Source: Haliotis cracherodii (taxonomy: Eukaryota). From it: a stretch of DNA of 64,000 nucleotides. Made by a program: the position numbers and the translations under genes. How positions within the stretch are numbered: position 1 is the first letter of the stretch; each line of letters opens with the position of its first letter. Location of the stretch: the NCBI RefSeq assembly GCF_022045235.1, contig NW_027266341.1, positions 35,712,001 to 35,776,000 of the forward strand. Reading direction: 5' to 3'. The notes beneath the pieces were generated by a model. It did no database searches. It was not told where the DNA came from and worked only from the letters and a program-made list of their open reading frames with translations. This document shows, in pieces, positions 46,628 through 60,910 of this stretch.

Positions 46628-49600
46628 CTGTGAAATAAACACCTGGATTTACTAACTAGGTTTATGGAGAGGCGATTTTATTGACAACAATAGCTTCACC
46701 TGCATAGCTGACAGCTGAAACAAAATGAACCATGAACTGCTCGCTCCAAGCTACATGGCCGTGCAACACTGACTCGTTTCAACTCTACAGGAATGTTAAA
46801 ATACAACTTTCTCTCAAACCAGGCGTGGGGTGAATATCAATCACAATTTAATGATATTCAGTTTCTTTTGAAAATAAATTGATATTCAGCAATTATTTTC
46901 CCAAATATATTTTTAAAGATGAGAAAGCATATAATGAAGTGAGCCAGATGTATCATCCATCATGTCGTAAACTGGTTAGCATGGTTGAAACAGATTGATA
47001 ATCTGAAATAAAACGAAATATTAACTTAAATAGTAACTACTGTAACGCTATCTTCACTGATCTTAGCATAATGCTTCTGCTTGAATTAGAACTGGTGAAG
47101 GGAAACTGGTCACCAACTGTGCGTGAAACAGACTAATTGTTTCGAACATCATACGAAAATATTTATTAAGACGTTTGCAATATATAAATAATCATTATAT
47201 TCACTAGTGCTACCTTTTCAAATGTAAGATTTAGCAATAATAAACACAACAGCTAGTAAGTACGTGAATCCAACATGAATTCCGTTAAAAGTACAATTCA
47301 TCCGTTTTAAGAACTAAATGTTCCAATCCTGCCCTGATATGAATAAAGGTGTATGCAAGTACTTTTGTACAGTACAATACAGTTTAACTATATATGTATG
47401 AATTTTGTATCCCCCCAAAAAAGATTCCATGAAAATTGCATACAAATACACATTGTGTAAAGTTTTGATATTTGTCCGATTTGCCATTGGTTGTTAATAT
47501 TTTGTATAAAAAGTAAAATTTGTCATAAAACATAGAACTGAAAATAAGATATATTTCCCTTTTCAAAATATTTACGTTGTAAAGTAAGTCGTAGGAAAGC
47601 AGTCTTCAACCCGGGGTAGAATTACACATGCTGCCCCGCAACATTCTTTGGTAGACAACGTCCTTCATTGCTTAATAACCTAGTGTCGCTTGTATTAACA
47701 TAACGACTTTTTTATTGGTCACAATTCTACTTAAATCACCTCTTCCGCTACTACTCTTTAATTAAATTTGTTAAAACGAAATTATCTTCGTGGAATAACT
47801 CGGCGGTCATAGTTAGACGGGTAATTTTCCGAATGACTAAAATGTCCAGCATAACGAGGGTGCATCGGCTCGTGAGATTCCGGTTAATGTCGGAGATACA
47901 CGCCAGAAATTGGTCCAAGATGTGCTTTCCGACAACTTCCTGGCCCGCTTGCATTCTGAGATAAGATGGCGACATGTTCGTCGTTAATTTAATACGCCGC
48001 GTTCCCTGGAAATGAAGATAAACACAGAATACAAAATATGAAAGTAACTGCACTCATTGTAACATGTTTATTGAGAGACTTATGACATGATTATCCGAAC
48101 TCTCATATTTATATTTTCAATTTTTTTAAACTTCCTCGAAAAGCAGTGAATGGGCATACGATCAAATTTCAGTGTTATTTGTGACTTGGCTGTCCCGTCT
48201 GGTGGGTTATTTCTTAAGGGCGTTAAATCACAAAAGTGAACAAGCATAATTATGACCTAAGTACACGAGCAAATGCATTTACGGTAAATTTAAAGGCATT
48301 TAATTCAGCGGCGTATCGTATTTCGTTTGAATTTAGAAAGCCTCTATTTAGTTTCCAATAAAGACATACACACATCACCTCAAGAAATAAATATAGTCCC
48401 GAGTTGTCAATAAATAAAATGATTCTTAAGGAGTTCAAGACAATATAATGATGACTTATCAAATTCCTTTAGTCAGGTATGATAAAACCTTTTGCGTCTA
48501 AATAACTTATATTGTAATCACAATTATTTCTCTAAAATTCCGTCAGTATTTTCGAACCAAACAATACCAGTAACACTTGATATAGCTATTATACAACTAC
48601 TAGACTCGCTAATTGCTGTAATAATTTTATGTGTCAATCAGATATCCCAGATGGAATGTCTTGAGTAAACGACCCGTGACGTCACTGGTGAGAGTGCGGC
48701 AACATTTGTCAACAAGGGTCATTTTGACATCCTCGAGACACATGGCGGACAGGCGGGGAATACGTCACGCAAGTGTATCTGTCGTCCGTGGCACGCGGAG
48801 CATGCGCGCTAATTTATGGGGATATTAACTACCCGAACCAACACGGTAATTTCTGTTTACCACATGGGTAATGAATCTTGAAGCCATACTAATTTATCAA
48901 CATGCCAGTAATATTAAATAATTAATGTATTCCATGGGTGTACTGTCGTCAAACTTGGACATCGTTTTGAACTGATCAAGTATGGAACACCTTTCATTCG
49001 AACCACCACTTTTCCCGGATAATTAGCAGTTATAATAATAAAAATAAAATAGTTAAATAAGAAGTTCCTCATTCATTTTTATAAAGATAATGTATTTGAA
49101 TAATGAATTGAATTACGTGAATAAACTGTGATTCCTGTGTAAGTTCATGTTTACTAATAGTAACATATCCCTTTAGCTGTATGCGTTGCAGCTTCGTGAT
49201 GCTATCAGATGCTATCTCTCCATGTATACTCAGTTACTGATGGGGGCATAGAACAATTCTTCCAGGACAAGTATACGTATTTACACAGAAACATATCAAT
49301 ATTCTTATCAAAAGCTGAGTGGTATATATCTAACATAAAAGTCGATGTTTTTGCCCGGAACGTGTTACGTCAGAGACCATATACCGATTGATGGTCTCTG
49401 GCCACATGTCAAAGACTTCAAATTCATACCTTTTATGACAAATAGTATGAAGAATCCATATTCTTATCAAAAGTTGAGTAGTTTTTATTTAACCTTCAGT
49501 ATTAACGTAAGTATTTGGACGAGGATCTGTTACATGTACCGTAGGCACTCTGGTGGGGTTTTAACAGTATATATGTAACATATATATATATACTCCATGT

Positions 49601-52399
49601 AAAACACATATGCTGTCAAAGCGCTAACTATACATGTTAAATATTTCAAACCTATATCATTAACAGGGCGTCACCATTTGAAATATTTCAGTAAACGTAC
49701 AACAAAAATTAAGTTCATATCGCAGAATAATGTATGATCGAATAATGAAGAAATCCTGATCCGAATTTCATAATGCCGTATGGACAATATATGAGGGCAC
49801 GTTTGAAACTGATGTAGTCGCTTGTCCTTGCGTGCAACTTAAACCCTGCATCGTGGGATTACCCGTATGACGAATATCATATCAGAAAAAGGGGAAAATC
49901 GATAGGGATCCCTCGCCATAAATCTCAAGGCAGTCATTTTCATACTGATCGCTGGAGCTTTAAATTGCGTGACGTCCACGATCAAACTTATGCCAAAGCG
50001 ATGTGACATTCTAACGAAAATATGGAGGATAAAGACTGTTCAACTCGTCCATAATTTATCATTTTTGTTCAAATTTCATGGTAATGAATTTAAATTACAA
50101 AATAGCGGAGAGAAAGTTATCGGAGTGGGAAAATTACCACGAGGAATAGAACACCAGCGTTAGGTGCTCGCGTGGTCATTTCAAGCCTTGCCAAACACAG
50201 GGGAGGGAATATGAACGAGATTGGCTTGTTCTGGAACGAGCAAACTCTCCAAGGGATTCCCCATGTCTCGGTCCCCTGAGTCTTTGAGGGGGATACATTG
50301 CGGCAAATGGAAGTCGTAATTTAGCCAGGCCATGTGCCGCTACAACGATCGACCCGCCTTTATGTACAGAGGCCCCGAGATGATCAAATTAGGCCGTGTT
50401 ACGATTTTCTTGACTGACCCTTTTGCCAACCGCAGCACAAGCGCTTAATCAAATCACCCTGGGATAATCACATTATGCAATGATCAAGGCTGTTTAATTT
50501 TTAATGATAACGACGTGACTGAGCAAAATGCACTCTCTTTCTCATTACCGTAATAGTTGGGCCCTTTCCTAATCAAATATTTATGTAGAATTGTGGAAAT
50601 CGATCCGAGCTACTTTTTGACTTGGCAGAGCAACATGACAAGGGTAGGGATCACTTGAACCTTTGGGGCCCTGCACACAGGGATATGTTTCGGTTAGTTA
50701 CAGATTTGTGGTCCCACGAGGTTTCCGTAAATATCAAAAACAGCAATTTTGTTTCATAATTTGCGAGCAACCCGCGGTGGCGATTTCTTAAAGCGTAAGA
50801 ATAATTGCGCCAGGGAAATAAATCTTAATAGCCGAATAAGCCATCTGATTTTTATTGCTAGTAATTATTTTGTTGAACCCCGCCCATTAATTATATCACG
50901 AATTTCAAGAGGTTAAATCATGCAGTAGAATATATGCGCATGACATATAATTGTTTACTGATTAATATTTTTGTACATTTAATAAATTATTGTTTATAAA
51001 ATACTCAAATACGTTTTTATAATGTAATACAAACCGCTCCAAAACATAAACTACACTGAATTAATTTCTGTTCTGTTTAACATGCAAAACAGCAGGTTCC
51101 TACGAAAACAACAACATGGTTTTAAATTATAACCTTAATTCCACACGGCAGCGACATTTATCCATATAATTAAATACCACAACCAACATTATTTACCAAA
51201 TAAAATATTTTGTAACAAGACTGCGGGCTTCTGTATATACATAGCAGCATACTGCACGTTGTTTTCGAATCAATTACGGCGTCAGGCCCTGGCTTGTCAG
51301 AACGTATATACTGTGACACAGGAGGCCTGACGAATCTCGTGGTGATACCGCAAGTTAGCATCGCCAGGTGATTCAGCAGCAGACACGCGTCCATTTCACT
51401 CTCGCTTGTAAGACACAGATGCAATCTTTATATAGATTTTTTTTAACAAAAACTCTTTTTACAATTTCCCTTCCATAATATAATTGCTTTGGATATTTCA
51501 ATGTAAACATATCGGTTCGTGTACATGTTATATGCGATAGTCATCGTTTCAATTGTTTCTTTCCAGATTAGAGGAATTTCGATTGAAAGATCAGCTGACT
51601 CATATTTTTAAACACTTATAAAATCACAAACTTTCATCATTTTGTTAAGATAAAAGTTTATCTGAAAGTGCACTTGAACGACACCATGTCTCGGAACAAC
51701 AGTTTATAACATAATTAATCTTTCAAGAAAATTGGTTTTCCTCTTCACAATTAATTAAATTAAAGTATAAGGTACAAAACTGTCTGAAACTGATAACGCG
51801 TCTACAAAATATAAATCTTCATCTGAAGATGCACCCTCAGGACCGGATCCGATTGTTCATGAAACATAGACTAAGTTAATTTTCCCCGAGTGATGTCGTG
51901 TTGAATGATTAAGATGTACAGAATTTTGGTTTCAGGCTAAAAGCAGGCTTGAATTGAATATCAACACGCATCTGTAGATAGTGTTTCTCTTGCATGCCTT
52001 ACACAATCCTCAACGTTATATATCTTGTTTGTCATATAGTATTCATAAAGTAATTTATTTTTACAAGACTGCACGAAAAGAAGACATAGGACTTAACTTT
52101 GTTCCTGTTCTCGGTCTCTTGTGGGTGTATAAGTTCAATAAATTATATCTTCGTCTCAGAATAGCAAAGAAGCCATAGAATATAATAGACGCAACAGACA
52201 GCAAACGGCTTTCATTGCCCTTTCCGCTAAGAGTACATGATATATAACCTCTTATGGGAAGCATCCTCACACACAAACCATACGTGTTTTTACTACAATC
52301 AGTTATATATATTATCATGCACAAAAAAAGGTTGTTTATTCCTATCTCAAGTAAATACAAGAAGAAAAACACACCGTTGAGTATCTGATATAATGCAGG

Positions 52400-52631
52400 A
52401 TTGTTTGTTTGTTCATTGCACTCAGCAATATTCCGGCTATATGACATCGGTCTGTAAATAATTGAGTCTGGACCAGACAATCAATTGATTGGCATCATGA
52501 CCATCGATCTACGCAATTGGGATACGATGACATGCTTCAACCAAGTCAGCGACCACCCGATCCCGTTAGTCGCATCTTCGAGCAAGCATAGGTTGCTGAA
52601 GACTTATTCTCCTCCTGGATCTTCACGGGTC
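52400..52631 (-). mobile_element. Copy of the dominant SINE-like family
   Basis: Shared body and the same 5' end. Confidence 0.85.
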
Positions 52632-55600
52632 GATAATGCATGGTTATGCTTTAGTACATATTTTGGGCTGGATGCCATATACTGAATATGACTGTCTATC
52701 TGATATTCCATGTTTTATAAGAGAAGAGTCAAGAATTCTTACTGTACGGAACAGTTCCATTTGGCAGGGTACAAACTAGCTACATCTGGGAGAATCAAAA
52801 GTTGAAACTGAGTGGTCACTGTAATCTACATGTACTTGAACTTAATACTCTGCAAGATGTGGTTGTCTCTGCGGTATATAGGTATTTTCCATCCAAGACG
52901 TGAGCCACGTTGAAACAATTATCTCACATTTCAGCGCTGTCAAAACAATGTGTGTGTGTAACGGTGACGTCCTTGACAGCACGTGTTGAAATGTACAGCG
53001 GTCATCACCTGTGGACGCGGGGAATAGCGCGTGAGCTTTTGCGCCATCTCCACGCCACCTTGAAAGCTGACCCCGTGGATCTTTCATCGTGTCAAGAACT
53101 GCTCGTGAGATATTGCTTCATTGTTTGAAAGCAGAGAAATAATTCTGATTAAATCAGACCCACGTGGGATAAACATGTCCCGTCACGGGCCAGGTATAGG
53201 AATGTCAAAGTGCGGACAGTTACTCCGGACACTAACTGACCATTCACCCCCCACGGGCTATAACATCTACCCCCGGGCTCAACACGGACGGGGCACAGAT
53301 ACACGGGCCATGCGAGATTAGAGACCTCGTTAATCCACATGCCAAGCAATAAACATGACAAAACTCTTTTACCCAGACACTCATCACATCGTCAATTCAG
53401 ATAAACTCTCAATAAACTGGAGGGGTGCTTGTCAGAAAGCTTAAAACGATATAACGATATATATGACCATACTTTTGCAATTTCGAAATAAATAATTTTT
53501 TACTGTTTTTCAATTAATAAAAATCGTGAACAGAATTTTTTCAACTAATCAAAATACCGTTAAAATGGTGTATAATGAAAACATTCTTAATTCATAAGCC
53601 ACAACACTCGAAACCAAAAGAAAGCGATGATTGTGATGCCTTCACCGATAGCCCCCGTGGCCTTTAGATTTCTCATGTAAACTTATGTTTGTCTTAGCAC
53701 ATTTGATGATCTTGTAAATGACTACTTACGTGCTCTACATCATTATTATCACAATCTATGGTTACAGAAATGTTCACAAGTATGTAAAACGATGTCTATC
53801 ACGACCTCGTGGTAGTCGGTTGTTATTGTCTAAACGGATATCTCCGCCCGACACACGCAGCCGCGGCTTAAACAAATATACAATACATCTACTTGTTACA
53901 TACAAACGTCACACTCTCTTTACTAGCCACAGGTGGAGGGAACCGCGCTGGAAATATCGTTCCAGCATCTATACTTGAAGAATGTGAGCAAAAATACTTC
54001 AAATATAACCGAAGAAAATATATTGATTTACGAGTCCATGATTGCATAAGTTTGTGATCCTTCACAAACCGCTTGGTGTTTACGTCAGATTTCTCCAAAT
54101 GTAATCTAATGTTATGCTAAGTAAGGCGTTCACAATTTCGAACGAAATCGTTGTTTGGTAAAACTGAATTGATGCCCTCACCCTTATCTTAAAGAAATAA
54201 ATAGACAGCGACTTGAATGATATATTCTAAAATACCAAATACGTCCGGTAATACATAGCAGTTTAGTCATGCACCATGACTGTGGAATATATTTATTTTA
54301 TGGAAAAAAATACATCTAGAAAGGTATAAAAAAGCAAGTCCAGCCAGCTCTAGCTAGCTCTATTCCACACGAATCAGCATAGGGAAAATTTTTATTTTTA
54401 TTTTTAGAGTCAAGAAGGGTATTGTGAGAAATAAGATATCATAGACTAAATGAAAGTCTAATAGCAGTTGGACTGAAGGGGGTCGTTGTCGGCATAGGTA
54501 CTACAGATATGTACCCCAGGTACGTTTCTGTATACAGAAATGTACCCTAGTCAAAACCAGAATACCGAAAGGTACTCAGGATGAGCTAAGACTAAATATT
54601 TATTATCAAAATACCCTTAAAAATATACTTAAAAAATATACTTAAAATAAACTTAAGAACGCCCGATTTTTTCATACGACTATATAGTTAATCTGTCATG
54701 TCTACACTTCTTTTGAGTCGTATGAATGCACCCATCATCCTTCAGGTAAAAAGGGGAGATAGTCACATGTACACTTTACGCAAATGCTATTTACTTTATC
54801 TAATTTATCAAGCTTAGGTAACGGATTTCATATTAACTCAAATGCGCAAAATTAGACGTTCAATAATTGTATAAAACCTTTCTATTTTCTTCATCAACTT
54901 ACTCTAAAATGCAACCGTTATTTTCTATAAAATTAATTTATTTACAATGCACACACAAAGCCTCAGATATTGTAACAAATATTCTTTGTAATATATGACG
55001 TCAACGTCATAGAACGACCAGTCTCGATCATCCACCGAAATAGATCCAATAGGGCGTGTGGCAAAATAGCGGTGAACATTGTATGAATAGAGCAGTTATG
55101 ACACTAGGTGTTCGCGAAACGGGTAAGCATGTACTATAAGTGGTGTCTCTGGAACAAAGCTGAATGATTGACTGATACTTCGAACAAGAACATTTTACTG
55201 AGAGAGGTTCTTTATAAGACGTGTATGTTATATCAACTTGTAAGCTACAATGCATACAAAACAATGATAAAAGTGTAAATGGGCAAGGAATATGAGGATA
55301 TATAAATTAAAACAAGTCACGGATGTAATGAACAAGCTTTAAAATGATACATTTTTAAATGAAATAGCAAACGCTAGCACAATGTTTTAAAAAAAAAAGA
55401 AAATGTTGCCGACCAACATAGTAGTAATTTTAAAATAGCAAGTCTACAGCGCTATTTTACATCAGCACCGAAAAAACCCAACAGAATTTAGAGAAGAGAG
55501 TGTACTGTGTAAAAAGTGTCACAGACCACATGTTAGTCTACCAATATGGCTACAACTGAGGTAACGACCTTAAACGTCTTCACATTGGACACCAACAAAC

Positions 55601-55974
55601 TTATACTACATCATTGCTGGGCAGTGCAAGCTAGTATATAATGGTCATAACGCCTTTCTGACAGCTGCTTGTCATATGAGACAAACTACAGGTACGTGGA
55701 CGACATACCTACCTACAGCTGGGCCTGGGAAACGAGGAGTGCCATGTATAAACGCTGTGAAAATGACTTTAAAAATATGTTTCAAGAATAATTCATTGCC
55801 CGACTTTAATTAATCACGGGTTAATCACCCTGCGTTTGTACCTTGTCATAGCGTATGTAAGTAAAGTTGACAGCTTTGTTGAAAGTTACTGACTTGTTTT
55901 TATATTTTTTTGGATTAAGTCGACAATGACATTGTCGAGAATGGCAAAACTTTAGAAACAAGTTTAGGAATATT

Positions 55975-56206
55975 TTTGTTTGTTTGTTCTTTAAGGCAAC
56001 TCTCAGCATTATTCCAGCTATACGAAGGCTGTCTGTAAACAATCAAGTCTGGACCAGATAATTCAGTGATTGACATCACGAGGATCGATCTAAGCACTTG
56101 GGATACGATCAACCGAGTCAGCGAGACTGACCACCCGATACCATTATATCGTCTGACGACCAGGGTGGATTGCTGAAGATCAATTTTAACCCGAATCTTC
56201 ACGGGT
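55975..56206 (-). mobile_element. Copy of the dominant SINE-like family
   Basis: Shared body and the same 5' end. Confidence 0.85.
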
Positions 56207-57197
56207 AGTTTTAAAAGTAAAACAAGATCTGTGCATAATTATTACTTTCAACATCTTGTCCGTGACAAATTACTTGTATTTTTTACCATTATCAGAAATT
56301 TGGGTTGAGGTCATTTCATTTTACATACCTTCTCTGAAACAATTCACTTAAAAATAACTACCTAGACGAGACATATCAAACAAAACTGACTGACAAAGAT
56401 GAAAACATTACTTTGATCATAACCGAAACAATATGTTCTCTACTTTAAAAAAATAACTTCCGGAAACAAAACAACCATGGCAAAGAGATGCATACAAAAG
56501 TACAAAGGCTTAAAACAGTAAAGCTTCGTCAACACGGATCACGTGGCCTCGTGGAGCAGGTGACGTCGGCCATTTTGAAGACGTCTTTGTTGAGTGAAAC
56601 AGTTTCCTTCCTGTTCGTTCGAGACGTCAAAGTTCGATCTGTCATGTCCGTCCCTTGTCTCCCTGAATCAGGAAACTATTTGTAAAAGAGCACAGCTAAT
56701 TGAAAGACCCTTATTTGTTTTATGGCTAAGTCGGTCGCCTGAACCATCTGAAATTGGGCCCTCTGGGTTAACACTAATCTTGCTGTGATCCCGTCCTGAC
56801 ATGATGAAGCGCCGAGAACACAGTCACCATCAACGCAAGGTGTTCGACTTGGAGAAAAAAGAACCAGACTTTGAATGATACACATGTATCAGTGAAATTT
56901 GTGACAGATTGGATATATTCCCCAGACAGACAGACTAATGATTTCAGTTGGACGTAAGTGTCAGTCGGGGAACGTGATTTATAAAGATTTGGTCTACCGT
57001 CGTTTTGCATGAAGTTGATGTATGACGAGGATTAAAAATATAACATTAGCAGTTGTTGATATGGATCGTAGTAAGCCTGAAGCGACGGGAATGTATACGC
57101 GGAGAATTGCCACAATCAACAATATATTAGTGAGTCCATATTTTGTCATCAGTCATAAGGGTTAGATGAGATTAGTTTTAACGTCGCTATGAAGATT

Positions 57198-57381
57198 NNN
57201 NNNNNNNNNNNNNNNNNNNNNNNNNNNNNNNNNNNNNNNNNNNNNNNNNNNNNNNNNNNNNNNNNNNNNNNNNNNNNNNNNNNNNNNNNNNNNNNNNNNN
57301 NNNNNNNNNNNNNNNNNNNNNNNNNNNNNNNNNNNNNNNNNNNNNNNNNNNNNNNNNNNNNNNNNNNNNNNNNNNNNNNNN
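57198..57381. other. Assembly gap
   Basis: Run of N. Confidence 1.
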
Positions 57382-58437
57382 GGCAGGGTAACATCTTTCA
57401 ACGTCTTTAGGTATGACGCGTACGTCAAACCACGGACTTTCCGTTGTCCGGGCAGACGCTCTATCAACTGGACCATTTAGACGGTCCCTTAAAAGGGAAT
57501 AAGATGGACTAGTATGTTTATTGATTGCGCACACGCATGTTCCTTATTGGTGGGTGACTAGGTTTGGGCTATTTGGAAGACCCATCAAATTTGATTCAAG
57601 TTCTCCAGACACCACTCTGCTTGCTGGCTTGTTAAAATTTATGATGTGTATAATTGATATCGAGCTACCAATGAAGAACCAGCCTCATCATACATTGCGT
57701 CAAAGGTACACACGAGGAAGTCGTCACAACATCAAGAAAAAGACGGGGACCAACACGACTACGGGGGATAGTCTTCCTTTAAACACTGCGAGAAATGTAC
57801 TTGGTGTCGTTGCACCAGACACTAGACACAAATGAGGTGATCGCATAAGGAAGAGGTTCAAAAAGAACTTTGAAACTTGTAGATAAATCTTTGATTTCGG
57901 GCAATTCTTTACCTAACCTCATCAGTCATAGATGTTTTATTGAATTCGAAGGGGCATTTCAGATTTAGAAGAATATTCCGAGCATTATTATCATTTTATT
58001 AAATTACAAAATGGTAATTGACATAAACGAACTACAATTTTGGCGGTATAGACCCCGTCTATATATTCCATCGCGAAATACTTGCTATTTGCTAGCTGTC
58101 AGAGGACACATGGTGATCAATTTTACAGTCATGAACGCTTACATCGGATTGCTCCGGTTCGCGCATTGCTTGACAATCGATATATCACAATGTTTGCCTC
58201 AAAGTACAGATAGCATATCAGCCTTATCGATTATGCAAATGTGACGTATATGAAAGAATACGTAGTGATCCGTTTCATATAAATTGATACAATTTTAGAG
58301 ATATGACACAAGGCAGATGCTTTCATTTGCCCGTTTCACATAAATATTTTCAAACAATTTCGATAATAGTTTCCAAACAACATAATTTGAAAGAATAAAT
58401 TGTACATAAATGTACACATCTAAACCAAAAAGAACGG

Positions 58438-58680
58438 GACCCGTGAAGATCCGGGGTAGAAAAGGTCTTCAGCAACCCACGCATGTCGTAAAAGACGACT
58501 TTGCTTAACGTAAGAGGTGCTGACTTGGTTGATGCATACCATCGTATCCCAAATGCGTGGGTCGATATTCATGATGTCAATCACTGGGTTGTCTGGTCCG
58601 GACTCGACTGTTTACAGACCGGCGTCCTATAGCTAGTATACTGTTTATTGCGGCGTTAAACAACAAACAAACAAACAAAA
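58438..58680 (+). mobile_element. Copy of the dominant SINE-like family
   Basis: Starts gacccgtgaagatccgggg, ends in (AAAC)n. Confidence 0.85.
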
Positions 58681-58779
58681 TGTAAGGCTGATTGTATGCG
58701 TGGTAATATTGCTCATAGTTGCAAGTTTTTAACCTTATTTCATAGACTTCCATGGCGGTAGGTCCACGACTGGATGTGG

Positions 58780-58960
58780 GTTAATGCCACTTTGAACACT
58801 ATTCCTGTCATATCACGGCGTGTCAGTTTGATGTGGGAGGAAAGCCCGGAGTGATGCAGGCCCCAGACGTTTTCCACACTGGTGAAACCAACAAGCACAA
58901 GTAGCAAATCTATGCTCATTATCAGAGGGAATCTTGAATTCGAACCCACGATCGTATGTC
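58780..58960 (-). mobile_element. SINE with V-domain-like core (gctttcctcccaca); related copies at ~20360-20520, 28500-28600, 35140-35295, 40815-41000
   Basis: Recurrent cgtgtcagcttaatgtgggaggaaagcccg...accactttggtgaaacc with B box (gggttcgaat on minus strand). Confidence 0.75.
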
Positions 58961-60694
58961 CTGGCAAACCTCAGGGACGTAAAGGATTCTTGATATTGCA
59001 GAAACACGCCATTAGTACAACACAAATACAAATTCTGACAAGCATTCTCGTTTGAAGCTTCAACTTGTGTAACTTGAATTTGTGGAAAAGGCTAGTCTCT
59101 CTCAGACCCTAGAGCATATATTTGATGAAACATTCACTCCCTTTCCACTGTCATCACTTCTCAGCCCCAACAGCCCATATTCATACCATTTTCAACTCCA
59201 AATTAGAGACCTGAGGATTCCTTTAGAGAATTATTTTTTGTCAAATTTTTACTAAATTTATTTCGGGCAATGTGTTAGAATACGGGGTGAAAAAGTCTTC
59301 ACTTTCTTTGAACCAAACCCGCATTCCTCCAACTCGCTCATCCAGCCACTTGTCATAGGATGTCCGAGTCTCACTCAATCACCAGCATGACTGATGACTT
59401 GGAGAGTAGGCATGTGAAAAGTCATCTACATCGGACCTGGGTTGGATGCTGGGGGAAGGCGTGTGTGTGAGCTGGCGACCTGCTTCTGAACACAACATCA
59501 TCAACGAATCCTCCTCCGTTGAAGCTGCCACTTCCAATAGCTAATGATGTGACCCGAAACATCCCAAGAATTGGGAGACTGCTGATACAATAATGAAAAC
59601 GGACTACTCGCACATTTCTTGAACGCGCCATACAATGCCGGGTCTTGAAAGACAACGGATCTAAAAGAACCTGGAAACGTGTTGATGTAATTGAAACAGA
59701 AAAACGCATCAGTCCCAAAATGCCAGTGATTTCCAAAAATATATCATCATTGGTCGTTTTTATTTTAAATGCATTTTTCTGCGAATCACTGGATTTCGCG
59801 TCATGTATAATTTCGTAAGCGATGTATATTGTCGTGTTTTGCATTTGTTCAAAAATACGGTAGATTACCCCCGTCTTTTTGCTGCCACGATTCCCTCTAC
59901 AGAATCCAAGATGTATCACATACGTATTATCTAAGCATAAAAACGTCAGAATCTGATTGGCCAGGTTGATCACGTGACATTTAGAAGCAATGACCAATCA
60001 ATCATGAGAGCAGCTCGCCATACCTCTAGTGCTTGCCTCTGGCTGTCTCGGGCTCTGCACGCCTGTCAGGCAGAATTGCCTCCCCTTTCAATCATTGCCG
60101 CCAAATTAGCCTGCCCTCACAGAAAGAGTTGCAGCTGGCTCTGGCTACATCGCTTGCAGCGATGTTGCGACAGCGGCTGTCCACGTCTCAGCTAGGACTA
60201 ACGTCACCCACCTCGCGAGATCCGGGTTCAGTCCACCATTTTTTGTTACAACCATCGCTGGATATAATTAATGACAAAGCCCAACATTAAATTCATGAAG
60301 TGCACCCCCACCCCTCCGCACATCGATCCGTGGTAGAGTTTCCCGCGTTACGGTTATACTGACACATATTCCATATGTAGATTGAGCTGTTTGCATAATT
60401 CATACGTTCACGATTTTTTGTATCACAGTTTTTTGAAGCCGGTCGTATTTTCACTTGGATTGTGACAGCTGCATACTTAAACACGGTGGCCATACAGTTT
60501 CTACGAGAAGTTATCGCTCCACAGGTTTTAAGCAGGATCCTTCTCATCTCCCTGCTCGAGGATCTACAACTGCACTTATGATAATGCCGTCCAAGAAGGT
60601 AGACATTAGTAGACTTATTCACCAGCAACACGATAAGCTGGGCGATAGTTTGTGTGCTCAAAAGTAGCGTTGTCCTAACGGATATCACCATCGC

Positions 60695-60695
<1 letters not shown>

Positions 60696-60730
<35 letters not shown>

Positions 60731-60910
60731 GTGATCTAATTGTTTGAATATTCACGAAAGTCACATGCTTTTGTTTCGACGGCATACATCATCATCATCA
60801 TCATCATCATCATCATGTGATCTACGAGTAATTGTTTGATTATTCAGATACGTAATTGTCATATTTTTCGAGTGAAGAAATCGTCACATGCTTTTGTTTC
60901 GACGGCATAT
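60696..60910. repeat. Two (CAT)n tracts within a local duplication (gtcacatgcttttgtttcgacggcata twice)
   Basis: Direct inspection. Confidence 0.85.

Noticed and set aside
59422-59997. 191-aa ORF as mab21 or a transposase
   Set aside because: No recognisable motif and no resemblance to the Mab21 sequence as recalled
60293-60730. Poly-Met ORF of 145 aa
   Set aside because: Derived from the (CAT)n microsatellite; the remainder has no recognisable features
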